From assembly GCA_003599815.1 (NCBI GenBank), contig QZJZ01000010.1, positions 15,050 to 79,049 of the forward strand: a stretch of DNA of 64,000 nucleotides. The letters run 5' to 3'. This document shows positions 8,537 to 17,692 of this stretch, one piece after another. Numbering within the stretch: position 1 is the first letter of the stretch; each line of letters starts with the position of its first letter. This DNA comes from Candidatus Auribacter fodinae. Its GTDB lineage: Bacteria; Auribacterota; Auribacteria; Auribacterales; Auribacteraceae. Under the pieces are notes generated by a model that was not told the origin of the DNA, ran no database searches, and worked only from the letters and a program-made list of their open reading frames with translations. The position numbers and the translations under genes are program-made.

Positions 8537-10024
8537 TTATTGTACAGAGTACAGCTTTTCGGTCAGTTTTTCATGAAGGCCGGGTGATATAGCTGTTGTC
8601 CGGGGAAATGATATGGTTTTGTTTAATTGATTATTTCTCAAGTTGTCCAATATGTTCGAGCAACATAATTCTACACCACGCACTGACGCTCCAGTTTCCG
8701 ACAAGGTATAGAATGTCACTTTTTGAGAGTATATTTCAACTAATTTTTCAATATTTTTCCGGTAACTGTTCAGGGATATCGCTGAAAGGACAGGAGTCCG
8801 GTTATATGACGGAACCATAACCTGCTTCTCTCTTGCGATTCGTTTCCGATGCAATATCTCCATCGATTTGAAACGATGCGAGTAGGTATAAAGCTGACGG
8901 CTTTCATAGGAATACGCTGAATACGCTCTGCTTTGCGGATACGCATAATCCATCCCGGCGAAAAATATCTGAGTAAACCCAAATTGAACCGCTATATCAA
9001 CCGCGATACACGATACAGACCCGCCTGCATGCACAACTCCCTTGCCTGTCAATAATTCCTCATATTCTCCTGTCACGGAATGCCCTTTTTGCAGGAACAC
9101 CATAAATGGGCCCGGATACTGCGCAATAGTCTCTGCGTTGGAGACCGGACAGAACAACAGCGGAACAGGTCGTGGAGGAACCAGCCTGAAATGACGAAGG
9201 GTTATAGGCTGGGGATCCACACTGACTATAAAATCAGGACATATATTATTGGTCAAAAGTATTTGCAATGCGGTATCAACAGAAATGATATAAACAGCGC
9301 CTTCAAACTCCCGCAACAACGGCAATGTCTCATCCAGAGACGGCCCTGCGCCAACTATAACAACAGGTTTTCCATGAAACGCACATTTCAAATCGTCTAT
9401 ACCCGGTGAGCGAACTACCGTTTCAAGATTCTTCTCAAAATTAAGCAGGAACTGATTCCTGAACTTTGAGGACGTACGGCGTTCCATCTGCATTGACTCA
9501 AAAAAAGAGTGAATATTGCGAAACTGAGGCGGCAGGCACTTATAAGATGCCTGATGAATGACATACGACCACTGTAAATTCTCTAGTTCCCTGCTTATAT
9601 CATGGAAGCGTTCCAGAACTTCTTTTTCCGTAACGCCGGTTATAAGGCTGAAACGGCATAACGACGCAAAATGTTCAAGGTTCACAACAGACAACCCGGC
9701 AGTCAGGATTTCCGGATTTAGTTCAATAACGACAAGAATACCGTCACTGCCGATACGCTGAGCGATCTCAAAAAGGTGATACCCCAGCCCAAAGCCATAA
9801 ATGACAACATGATTGTCTTTCAGTTGAATACTGTCTGCAAAACGCTGTGCTTCCCGTTCAGGGTTCATCATACTGTGAAGCAATACATCCTTATACCTGA
9901 ACGTATAAGAACCGGAACGGGTAGGCAGAAGATTTATTTGCGTTTGACAGATGTGCCGCTCCACATACGGACAAACTGCTCGGATAAACTCCAAATTATC
10001 TTGAAATCGTTTTACGGGATCCAT
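8537..10024 (-). CDS. Motility accessory factor (Maf/DUF115, MAF_flag10) family putative flagellin nonulosonic-acid glycosyltransferase
   Basis: VVIVGAGPSLDETLPLL...AVYIISVDTALQILLTNNICPDFIVSVDPQ is the diagnostic Maf/DUF115 core. 495 aa. A second paralog lies at 17689-19563. Confidence 0.75.
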   Translation of the reverse strand: MDPVKRFQDNLEFIRAVCPYVERHICQTQINLLPTRSGSYTFRYKDVLLHSMMNPEREAQRFADSIQLKDNHVVIYGFGLGYHLFEIAQRIGSDGILVVIELNPEILTAGLSVVNLEHFASLCRFSLITGVTEKEVLERFHDISRELENLQWSYVIHQASYKCLPPQFRNIHSFFESMQMERRTSSKFRNQFLLNFEKNLETVVRSPGIDDLKCAFHGKPVVIVGAGPSLDETLPLLREFEGAVYIISVDTALQILLTNNICPDFIVSVDPQPITLRHFRLVPPRPVPLLFCPVSNAETIAQYPGPFMVFLQKGHSVTGEYEELLTGKGVVHAGGSVSCIAVDIAVQFGFTQIFFAGMDYAYPQSRAYSAYSYESRQLYTYSHRFKSMEILHRKRIAREKQVMVPSYNRTPVLSAISLNSYRKNIEKLVEIYSQKVTFYTLSETGASVRGVELCCSNILDNLRNNQLNKTISFPRTTAISPGLHEKLTEKLYSVQ

Positions 10025-10977
10025 TATCGAATATCAAATGTGTACAGCACACTGTTCCAGCTGTCCAATACCAGAACATGCCCGTCACCAGTAGCGCAGG
10101 CGGCATTCAGGGATGCACCATCCTTCTGCAGCCGTGCTTTGATTTCACCATCAATTGTCATGATATATAGACTGTCAGATGTCTCCGATGATACAGCGAT
10201 TGTCCGTTTATCTATAGCCGTAACATACGCAATAAATTCCAACGGCAAGGAAGAATTGCTTGAAGAAAACGACCGCTGAAACTGTCCATCACGACTAAAT
10301 TTTTGTAATCGATCATTACCGCTGTCAACAACCCAAACAGAACCGTCTTCCGTGTATGCCGCTGACAACGGGTACTCCATTGTCCCTATTTTATAATCAT
10401 CTTTGAAAAAGAAGACATCAGGGGGCTTTAAACGATGAGAGCGTCGTACCCATGAATCAAAAACCATCCCCCGGCGAAATTCTTCGCTTTCATAATATGA
10501 CTGATCCGGCCCCGGAACCCCAAATATCCTGAGCAGTGTGCCGTCTAGAGCAAACACCTGTACTCGATGATTGTTTCTATCTGTTACAATAATACTGTCG
10601 CCGGCAGAACATATTCCCCACGGTTCGCTGAACTGCCCCGGTTCGCGCCCATACGACCCAATAGTTTTAAGTATACTGCCATCCATATCCATTGCCGCAA
10701 TCCGATGATTCCAGCGGTCAGCTACCCATAATAACCCTGTCCGGTCAATGGTTAGTGATGTAGGATAATCAAATAACCCTGAGGTTTTACCATGCCCTCC
10801 CACCGTCTTAACAACAGTCCCATCCAGATTCAGCCAGAAGATCTTATGATCAAACTGCCCTGCTATTACAATACTTTTGTCGTATTTTATAATCGAAGAC
10901 GGATTACTATCTTTCATTACATCAATACGTAATGACTTGCTGGGATTAATAACTCGAACATCTGTTACTGTATTCAT
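10024..10977 (-). CDS. NHL-repeat (six-bladed beta-propeller) protein, no signal peptide
   Basis: Repeated ...VADRWNHRIAAMDMDG..., ...VTDRNNHRVQVFALDG... and ...VVDSGNDRLQKFSRDG... units are typical NHL repeats. Confidence 0.7.
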   Translation of the reverse strand: MNTVTDVRVINPSKSLRIDVMKDSNPSSIIKYDKSIVIAGQFDHKIFWLNLDGTVVKTVGGHGKTSGLFDYPTSLTIDRTGLLWVADRWNHRIAAMDMDGSILKTIGSYGREPGQFSEPWGICSAGDSIIVTDRNNHRVQVFALDGTLLRIFGVPGPDQSYYESEEFRRGMVFDSWVRRSHRLKPPDVFFFKDDYKIGTMEYPLSAAYTEDGSVWVVDSGNDRLQKFSRDGQFQRSFSSSNSSLPLEFIAYVTAIDKRTIAVSSETSDSLYIMTIDGEIKARLQKDGASLNAACATGDGHVLVLDSWNSVLYTFDIR

Positions 10978-10978
10978 A

Positions 10979-12172
10979 TCACTTCACAGAAATTAAATTT
11001 TTAGCACCGTAAGTATGAACCAGATCCTTAATGGAATCGGTTACGTACATAATATCTTCATAAGTTATATCAGGAAACAAGGGTAATGTTACAACACTTT
11101 TGGAAAGTTTAGCCGCCTCTGGAAAATCGCTTTCCTGATAGCCAAATGTTTCCTGATAATAAGGATGCAGATGAAGTGATACGAAATGTATACTTGATCC
11201 GATTCCTCGTTCACGCAATTTCAGGAGGAATTCATCACGGGTAATCGAAAGCTGGTTCAGATTCAGTTTGACCACCATCAGATGATGTGCATGGCGGTCT
11301 GTCCTGTGCTCTCTAAGCAATTCGATTTCAGGCATTGCCCCTAGCTGTTCCCTGTATATAGCCGCGGCCCTGGTACGTGCTTCATGCATCTTTTCAATGC
11401 GGCGTAACTGTACCAAACCGAGCGCGGCCTGAAGGTCGCTGAGATTATATTTATACCCATGATACATTATCTTATAGTAATCCAATTTTGCCGAACCGTC
11501 GGGTAAATAACGTTTCCACGCGTCTTTACTCATTCCATGCAGGCTCAGTATACGTACCTTTTCAGCGAGCAGGTCGTTATCGCAGGTTACCATTCCGCCT
11601 TCCGCTGTGGTCAGGTTTTTGGTTGCGTAAAATGAGAAACAGGTAAAATCGCCGATTGAACCTATTTTATTTCCTTTGTATTTTGTTTCAAGGGCATGCG
11701 CCGCATCTTCAATAACCATCAGGTCATGTTCAAGTGCAATGTCCATTATAGGATCCATGTCGCATGGCTGGCCCGCGAAGTGTACCGGTACTATAGCGCG
11801 TGTTTTTTCATTCACCGCTTGAGCAATATTTCTTGGGTCAATATTTCCTGTGAAGGGGTCTACATCGACAAACCGTATCCGGCCGCCTGCATGCAGTATT
11901 TCACTGGCAGTAGCTGAAAAGGTAAATGGTGTAGTGATTACTTCATCATCAGGTTTAAGATCAAGTGTCAGCAACGCCAAATGTAACGCGGCGGTACATG
12001 AACTGACAGCTATGGCATTCTGCGCATTGGTGTATCGAGCAAATTCAGATTCAAATTCCTGCACTTTTGGGCCGGTAGTAAGCCAACCTGAACGTAATAC
12101 TTCGAGTACAGCCTGTTCTTCTTCTTTGCCAATAGACGGTTTAAAAAACGGTACATTACGCATCATGCCCAT
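10979..12172 (-). CDS. DegT/DnrJ/EryC1/StrS-family PLP-dependent sugar aminotransferase (PseC/PglE-like)
   Basis: The N-terminus ...PFFKPSIGKEEEQAVLEVLRSGWLTTGPKVQEFE is DegT-like. Motifs ...FSFYATKNLTTAEGGMV... and ...LSLHG...KRY follow, with the conserved Lys in the SFYATK region. Confidence 0.85.
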   Translation of the reverse strand: MGMMRNVPFFKPSIGKEEEQAVLEVLRSGWLTTGPKVQEFESEFARYTNAQNAIAVSSCTAALHLALLTLDLKPDDEVITTPFTFSATASEILHAGGRIRFVDVDPFTGNIDPRNIAQAVNEKTRAIVPVHFAGQPCDMDPIMDIALEHDLMVIEDAAHALETKYKGNKIGSIGDFTCFSFYATKNLTTAEGGMVTCDNDLLAEKVRILSLHGMSKDAWKRYLPDGSAKLDYYKIMYHGYKYNLSDLQAALGLVQLRRIEKMHEARTRAAAIYREQLGAMPEIELLREHRTDRHAHHLMVVKLNLNQLSITRDEFLLKLRERGIGSSIHFVSLHLHPYYQETFGYQESDFPEAAKLSKSVVTLPLFPDITYEDIMYVTDSIKDLVHTYGAKNLISVK

Positions 12173-12193
12173 AGTCGTTCCTTGTGTTATTGT

Positions 12194-14551
12194 TTACACA
12201 GCGCAATCGGTATGTTCTGTGTTAAGTACTCTTAAAACCTGTTCCGCCGAGCGCATTGTGCCGCTTGTTTGCTGAGCGTCATCACGCGGAATGCAGATCA
12301 GCGAATTGACAGTATTACATAATTGATTCCGCACGGTATTGGCGCTGTTCGCATGCCCGACATAACTGATCCGCGCGGTCATATGCCCTCTCCAGTGAAT
12401 ACGTCCTGTTTCATCAGACTCACTTATTGAATTGTATACACGCATCAAATACGATTTTTTTATTTCCTGATACTCAATCATCGGAACGGAATAGAGGAGC
12501 GACTTATCAGTACATATCGCTATCCCCTTATCTTTATCGGAAATATCAACCCATCCCTCGGTGGCTCCCAGACAGGTTCTCGCGGAGGTAAAAGCGCCTA
12601 CAGAATGGTGGTGGTTAATTATCTTTCCATTCGGATTAAAGCATTCAATATCTTTCCCGCCGTTAATCGTGGAAAACCGGAGCGTATTTACGTCAAATGC
12701 TTCCGGATTTAATGTCGTAATGCCAAGCCGAAAAAATATCGGGGTAAGGTCAGCAAAATAGAAGCGGTAGAAGACATCAACTCTCGGTTTATTTCGATAC
12801 ACATAAAAGGTTTTCCACACTTTTCCAGACCCCATGTCCATCTCAGCAGACACTGGAAGGCGCACGGGAAAAACAGACGGATTATCTGGAACGACAATTC
12901 TTGTCTGAACAGTATCGTTATACAGTTTGCCGAAGAAATCACACAACTGTATACCGCCTGTATAATAATCACTTGAATGTCCGATATGATCGTAATAAAC
13001 CGGCGGAAGGTAACCAGCCAATGATTTCGATGATATCCCCGGATATATAAGTTCACGTATATCAGCGCCAGTTTTAGCAGACATGGTCAATATGACAGAA
13101 TCCGTTTCTATGTTTATCCTGTCCCCGGTGTATTGGTGATGTTTATATTCTACTTCTTGTCCAAGTTCCACAATACGTCCCTGAGCGGCGTATCCTGCTT
13201 CAATGAAAGGGCATACTGTCATTTTTACCTGACGTATACTTCCGTCACGGTACAACTGGCGATGCTCACATTGTGAAACTACAAGCTGTCCGTCAATCTC
13301 AACACCGATTCGGCCACGCTTGACGCCTTTTTCGAATGACAGTGTAATTTCAACCGCTTCACCGTTCCAGTCGTGAGCAAAAGGGTTAATCAGTATAAAA
13401 TCGTATTGAGGGGTGAAATGGCTGTATACGGCGGAAAGGCGCTCATCGATTTTATGTGAAAGCTGGCCAAGCTTCATTTTTCCGTTATAGTGTTTCTCTT
13501 CGGTTGTTTTGGTACGAAGGTCACTGCCCCACATTTCATTTAAACCGCTCCAGAGGTCATTATTATTACCCGCCAGCCCATTAAAAAATTCGAGTTCTTT
13601 TAGTTTGTTGTAACTGGCATAACATTGGGAATTCAAATGTACGTTATCCCTGCCGCTGACAGCCCATCTGACAACATTATAGTCATCACGGTTTTTGCAT
13701 GGGATAGGGCATTCGGGCGACTCAATTTCTATTTCGGTTTCAGGAGCAAGCAGACCAAGTACCTCAGACGGATTGATCAGTTGAGCGTTATTCCGCGAAG
13801 TAAGTTTTTTCAGCAGTTTTTCTATTTTATTAATTTCACCGGAAATTATTTCCTGTATTCCCGGGCGGTAATCAAAAATTTCCCAGTCGGTTCCATACAA
13901 AGCAAGCGCACGGTCATGCTCGTCATGCTGATGCGACATCACACTTGTCAAAAAGTCATCTATACTGAGACGGTCATAAATACAGCGCTGAAATTTGTAC
14001 GAATTAAGCGAACTGTTCCATATAATTGGGATCACCGCGCCATTTGTCCCTTTTACCAGTGCAGGTTTATACCGCAGGTCAGGTGGAAAATCGTTATATT
14101 CCGCGGCATTATCCCAATCCATTATCAATGCGCGATACCCTATTTCCCTGAATAACTCAGGGATGGCTTTGGAATATGTCTGTTCATTGATAAAGCCGAT
14201 TTCAGGGAATTCACCCAACAAATTCCGGTACACTTTCCGTCCTTCCCGAAGGTTCACGCGATTAACGTCAACTGGAATCAACGGGAATATGCTCTGTGTC
14301 ATTGATGAACCTATAACATCACATTTCCCATCCATCCAGAGTTCGCGGATCGTTTCAACGAAATGCGGGTCAATAGAGTTAATGGTTTCCAATGTGGACG
14401 CGCTGAATTCTATACCAAGTTTATAGCCCTTGGAGATCAGATCAACAACCGGCCAATAACACTTGTCCAGTATGACGGGATACTGGTCGGTCGGAATGCA
14501 GGAAAAAGAAAGATTCGCATGAAAAATTGTATAAAAGTAGAGTTTTCCCAA
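12194..14551 (-). CDS. Large GH57-like / polysaccharide-deacetylase-fold domain protein (785 aa) of unknown role
   Basis: The N-terminal ~350 aa (LYFYTIFHANLSFS...CDVIGSSMTQSIFPLIP...FGEFPEIGFINEQTYSKAIPELFREIGYRALIMD) resembles the glycoside hydrolase family 57 catalytic (beta/alpha)7 barrel. I recognise nothing in the C-terminal half. Confidence 0.5.
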   Translation of the reverse strand: MGKLYFYTIFHANLSFSCIPTDQYPVILDKCYWPVVDLISKGYKLGIEFSASTLETINSIDPHFVETIRELWMDGKCDVIGSSMTQSIFPLIPVDVNRVNLREGRKVYRNLLGEFPEIGFINEQTYSKAIPELFREIGYRALIMDWDNAAEYNDFPPDLRYKPALVKGTNGAVIPIIWNSSLNSYKFQRCIYDRLSIDDFLTSVMSHQHDEHDRALALYGTDWEIFDYRPGIQEIISGEINKIEKLLKKLTSRNNAQLINPSEVLGLLAPETEIEIESPECPIPCKNRDDYNVVRWAVSGRDNVHLNSQCYASYNKLKELEFFNGLAGNNNDLWSGLNEMWGSDLRTKTTEEKHYNGKMKLGQLSHKIDERLSAVYSHFTPQYDFILINPFAHDWNGEAVEITLSFEKGVKRGRIGVEIDGQLVVSQCEHRQLYRDGSIRQVKMTVCPFIEAGYAAQGRIVELGQEVEYKHHQYTGDRINIETDSVILTMSAKTGADIRELIYPGISSKSLAGYLPPVYYDHIGHSSDYYTGGIQLCDFFGKLYNDTVQTRIVVPDNPSVFPVRLPVSAEMDMGSGKVWKTFYVYRNKPRVDVFYRFYFADLTPIFFRLGITTLNPEAFDVNTLRFSTINGGKDIECFNPNGKIINHHHSVGAFTSARTCLGATEGWVDISDKDKGIAICTDKSLLYSVPMIEYQEIKKSYLMRVYNSISESDETGRIHWRGHMTARISYVGHANSANTVRNQLCNTVNSLICIPRDDAQQTSGTMRSAEQVLRVLNTEHTDCAV

Positions 14552-14712
14552 TATATCAGCTCCTGTTTAGCCGGATATTTCCACAGTTCACCGCTAAACA
14601 TTAGCATAACTTATACCAACACGCACCAACGCAATAATTACAAGAAAATTGAACTTAAAAGCGACTACCAAATGAGAAAAAGATATGCTTTACAACCATC
14701 CTGTCGGCAATT

Positions 14713-15972
14713 TCAACACAAATTACATTCAGCCGGAATAGGTTCCGTAATAATTTTCAGGGTATTCATCACCCGTTCAACACTGCAAAACGCTTCTTCC
14801 CTGTTTGAAGCTGAACAGATAATATTTGCCGCTTTCCCCATATTGCTGACAACAGGCTGAATAATATCACCCTGTTTTACATGGAGAAAAATATGCCGGA
14901 ACCCCGGAATAGAATCGAGTTGATCCAAACCTTCTATGGCAACTACTCGTCCCGGTTCAGGAATTATTGCCCGTTCGCAGGCAACGTGATTTCGTGATGG
15001 AGTTATATCTGCAATATTTAACGGCAACCCGATAGCAATATCTATCGCCGCTTTTATGGAGCGCATTCCGGTAGCAAGCGGATCTGTATACTGGCTATGA
15101 TACCCCCCACTGAGGCGGGCGGTTATTTCACCGATTTTCGGACCGTCTTTTGTGATCTTCATATCAGCTTTTGACGCGCCATACCGAATGCCGACCGCTT
15201 TGATTCCCTGCTTCATGACATCCAGCACCTGAGCACGCATTTCCTCCGAAATAGTTGATGGAACAGTATGCCCTATCTCTACAAAAAATGGTTCCCGTTC
15301 AATATGCCGGTCAGCTATTGTCAGAAGATGGACTTCACCATCATAGACCAGAGTATCAACACTCAGTTCAGGGCCTGCCATGTATTCTTCCATCACCGCT
15401 TTACCGGTTAAACTGAAAGACAACGCGGTTTGTAATGCCTCTTCAACCTCTGTGATGCTGTCAAGACGCCTGACACCGCGAGCACCCATATTATCCACCG
15501 GTTTGACAACCAGCGGAAAACCAATATGCTTTACCGCTTTAAGAGCGTCATTAAGAGACCCGACCTCCGCCCATTTTGGAGCAGGTACGCCGTGCTTCCA
15601 GAAACATTCTCGCATCCTTGCCTTATTCGTCGCGCACAACGCTGTTTCCGGCGATACGCCAACCAGTCCCAGTTCCTGAGCTACTGCCGCAACCGTCCGT
15701 GATACATCCGTTCCCACCGTCATTACACCATGAACTGTATGTATTTTATCGCTAAATACCCTTGCCGCCCTGACTGTTGCGTCAATATCTCTGGTGCTGA
15801 CAATCATCTTGTAATCCGCATACTGAAATCCAACGGCGTTTTCGTCCATATCTGAAGCAAGAACTTTCATACCAAGCTCTTTTGCTTGCTTTATCGCGGC
15901 GCTCTGAAACAAACCTGCACCAATAACCATGAGCAGTTTATTGTCGTAAAGTGACATAATCGGTTTCTCCAC
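14713..15972 (-). CDS. ATP-grasp domain ligase
   Basis: The pre-ATP-grasp N-terminus MVIGAGLFQSAAIKQAKELGMKVLASD is followed by an ATP-grasp core ...FPLVVKPVDNMGARGVRRL...EEYMAGPELSVDTLVYDGEVHLL... Confidence 0.75.
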   Translation of the reverse strand: MEKPIMSLYDNKLLMVIGAGLFQSAAIKQAKELGMKVLASDMDENAVGFQYADYKMIVSTRDIDATVRAARVFSDKIHTVHGVMTVGTDVSRTVAAVAQELGLVGVSPETALCATNKARMRECFWKHGVPAPKWAEVGSLNDALKAVKHIGFPLVVKPVDNMGARGVRRLDSITEVEEALQTALSFSLTGKAVMEEYMAGPELSVDTLVYDGEVHLLTIADRHIEREPFFVEIGHTVPSTISEEMRAQVLDVMKQGIKAVGIRYGASKADMKITKDGPKIGEITARLSGGYHSQYTDPLATGMRSIKAAIDIAIGLPLNIADITPSRNHVACERAIIPEPGRVVAIEGLDQLDSIPGFRHIFLHVKQGDIIQPVVSNMGKAANIICSASNREEAFCSVERVMNTLKIITEPIPAECNLC

Positions 15973-16999
15973 ATTGATTTCTGACTATATCTCCAATAAG
16001 GTTTGCGATGCGAAAAACGCCTTTTGCATCTATAATCTCTTTACCTCTTAAAGACATCGCCTCGCGCAACTCTTTATTTTTGATTACCCGTGAAAATGCC
16101 TGCAAAAATTTCCATGCGTCTTTTTCATTATAGCTGAAAGGACAGAAACAGAATCCGAGCCGCTCAAATTCCCTGCCTATATCATACTGGTGCTCAACCT
16201 GCGGCAGAACCAAAGACGGAGTGCCGGATGCCACTGCTTCATACAAGGTGACGCCTCCTGAGATAATCGCAATATCCGCTTCATACAGCAATTCACCCAT
16301 ACTGTCGGTATCGTATATATATTCATAATGGAATTTAGAGCATAATTGTTTGACTCTTTCCGCATCTTTAACGCCTGACCCGACAACAACTTTAATCTGA
16401 AATTTCTGCAAATGGCTTCCAAGTAATTCAACAATCCATGGCGTAAGGTTACGGGGATCACTCCCGCCAAGTGATATGACAAGATTCCTGACAACAGGGG
16501 CAACACTCTTGTCGCGGTCATGTATTTCGCTGAATACCGGATCCATAACCATATATTGCTTGCCGAACATTCTTATTTGTCCTGAAATCGAAGAAATTTG
16601 CTTTTCAGAAAGATTAGCGTCTATAAGGACATCAGCGTAATCTCTCCCTGATCCCAGATCGTCAAAATGAATCAGATAAAAATCTTCGTCCGCCAGAGCC
16701 CGCACCGTTGCCTCATCAGTGTCCCTGACATCCTGAACAACGATTCTTGCGTTATAACGGTCACGATAACTCAGCGCCTTTTGATATATATCACCATCAG
16801 GCACGTTCTCAACTTGCACTCCCCATGATGCAATTTCTGAAACGACATAATCAGGAGAGCTGGTCAATACCAAAGGCTGAATAGTATTCCGCCTGAGAAC
16901 GGTACATAATGAACGGGCACGCATGATGTGCCCGAGCCCGATGTCATGACTGCCATGTACGCAATAAAGAATTGGTTTCTCAAAAATTCGATTATTCAT
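15938..16999 (-). CDS. pseG: PseG-like UDP-sugar hydrolase (GT28/MurG-like fold; UDP-2,4-diacetamido-2,4,6-trideoxy-L-altropyranose hydrolase family)
   Basis: The N-terminus ILYCVHGSHDIGLGHIMRARSLCTVLRR matches the PseG GxGHxxR motif. The C-terminal ...ISGGVTLYEAVASGTPSLVLP resembles the MurG/PseG C-domain. Confidence 0.65.
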   Translation of the reverse strand: MNNRIFEKPILYCVHGSHDIGLGHIMRARSLCTVLRRNTIQPLVLTSSPDYVVSEIASWGVQVENVPDGDIYQKALSYRDRYNARIVVQDVRDTDEATVRALADEDFYLIHFDDLGSGRDYADVLIDANLSEKQISSISGQIRMFGKQYMVMDPVFSEIHDRDKSVAPVVRNLVISLGGSDPRNLTPWIVELLGSHLQKFQIKVVVGSGVKDAERVKQLCSKFHYEYIYDTDSMGELLYEADIAIISGGVTLYEAVASGTPSLVLPQVEHQYDIGREFERLGFCFCPFSYNEKDAWKFLQAFSRVIKNKELREAMSLRGKEIIDAKGVFRIANLIGDIVRNQCGETDYVTLRQ

Positions 17000-17005
17000 T
17001 ATGGT

Positions 17006-17692
17006 TTATAATAATTGAGAATATGTCTGCCACCATGCGGCAAACTGTTTATTAAACCAGCCGGTACTTCCGGCAAGCAATTCACACCGTTCATACCATC
17101 CAAGAATTATTATTTCATCTAAACCGGTTACAGCACTAAAAAAAGGCTTATTTTCAGATTCAACGACCGGCAGTTCGTGACTCAGTTTATACAGTTTATC
17201 CCATATTTTCGGGTATCGGGCAAGAAAACCCGATTCCATGCCTTCATCTTTTATGCGACAATTCCGGCAATGTATAGATGCCGCGCTTCCCTGAGGGTAT
17301 TCTATACCCCAGAAAATGTCCGGCACCTCCCTGCCGTAGACCCTGCATGAAAAAGGACGGACAGGGTATATCAGGCATCTGCCGTTATCACGAAACACAC
17401 ATTTTCGTTCCTTTGGTTCAGCATAAAAAAAACGCGCGTGTTCATCAACTGAAAATTTATCATATATATATTGTGCTATCGCATAAAACTCAATGGTATA
17501 AATTAGCGGCAGGCTCATGAAATTACCATTTTCATCACAGGCTGAATCAAGTTTTGTACAACACCAGTCACCGCATTCGGATTTCATACACTGTGTGGGA
17601 GGCACGCTGTCAAGCAATGAACATAACTCTACTATTCGCTCTTTAGCACTCCTCGTATGCTTAAGGATAGAATCCATTAGCAACGCCTTCAT
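17006..17692 (-). CDS. YkgJ/UPF0153-family CxxCxxCC Fe-S/zinc-chelating domain protein; FliB (flagellin lysine-N-methylase)-like
   Basis: Cys cluster ...CMKSECGDWCCTKLDSAC... plus downstream ...RCLIYPVRPFSCRVYG... are typical of the PF03692 family to which Salmonella FliB belongs. It lies in a flagellin-modification operon. Confidence 0.55.
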   Translation of the reverse strand: MKALLMDSILKHTRSAKERIVELCSLLDSVPPTQCMKSECGDWCCTKLDSACDENGNFMSLPLIYTIEFYAIAQYIYDKFSVDEHARFFYAEPKERKCVFRDNGRCLIYPVRPFSCRVYGREVPDIFWGIEYPQGSAASIHCRNCRIKDEGMESGFLARYPKIWDKLYKLSHELPVVESENKPFFSAVTGLDEIIILGWYERCELLAGSTGWFNKQFAAWWQTYSQLL

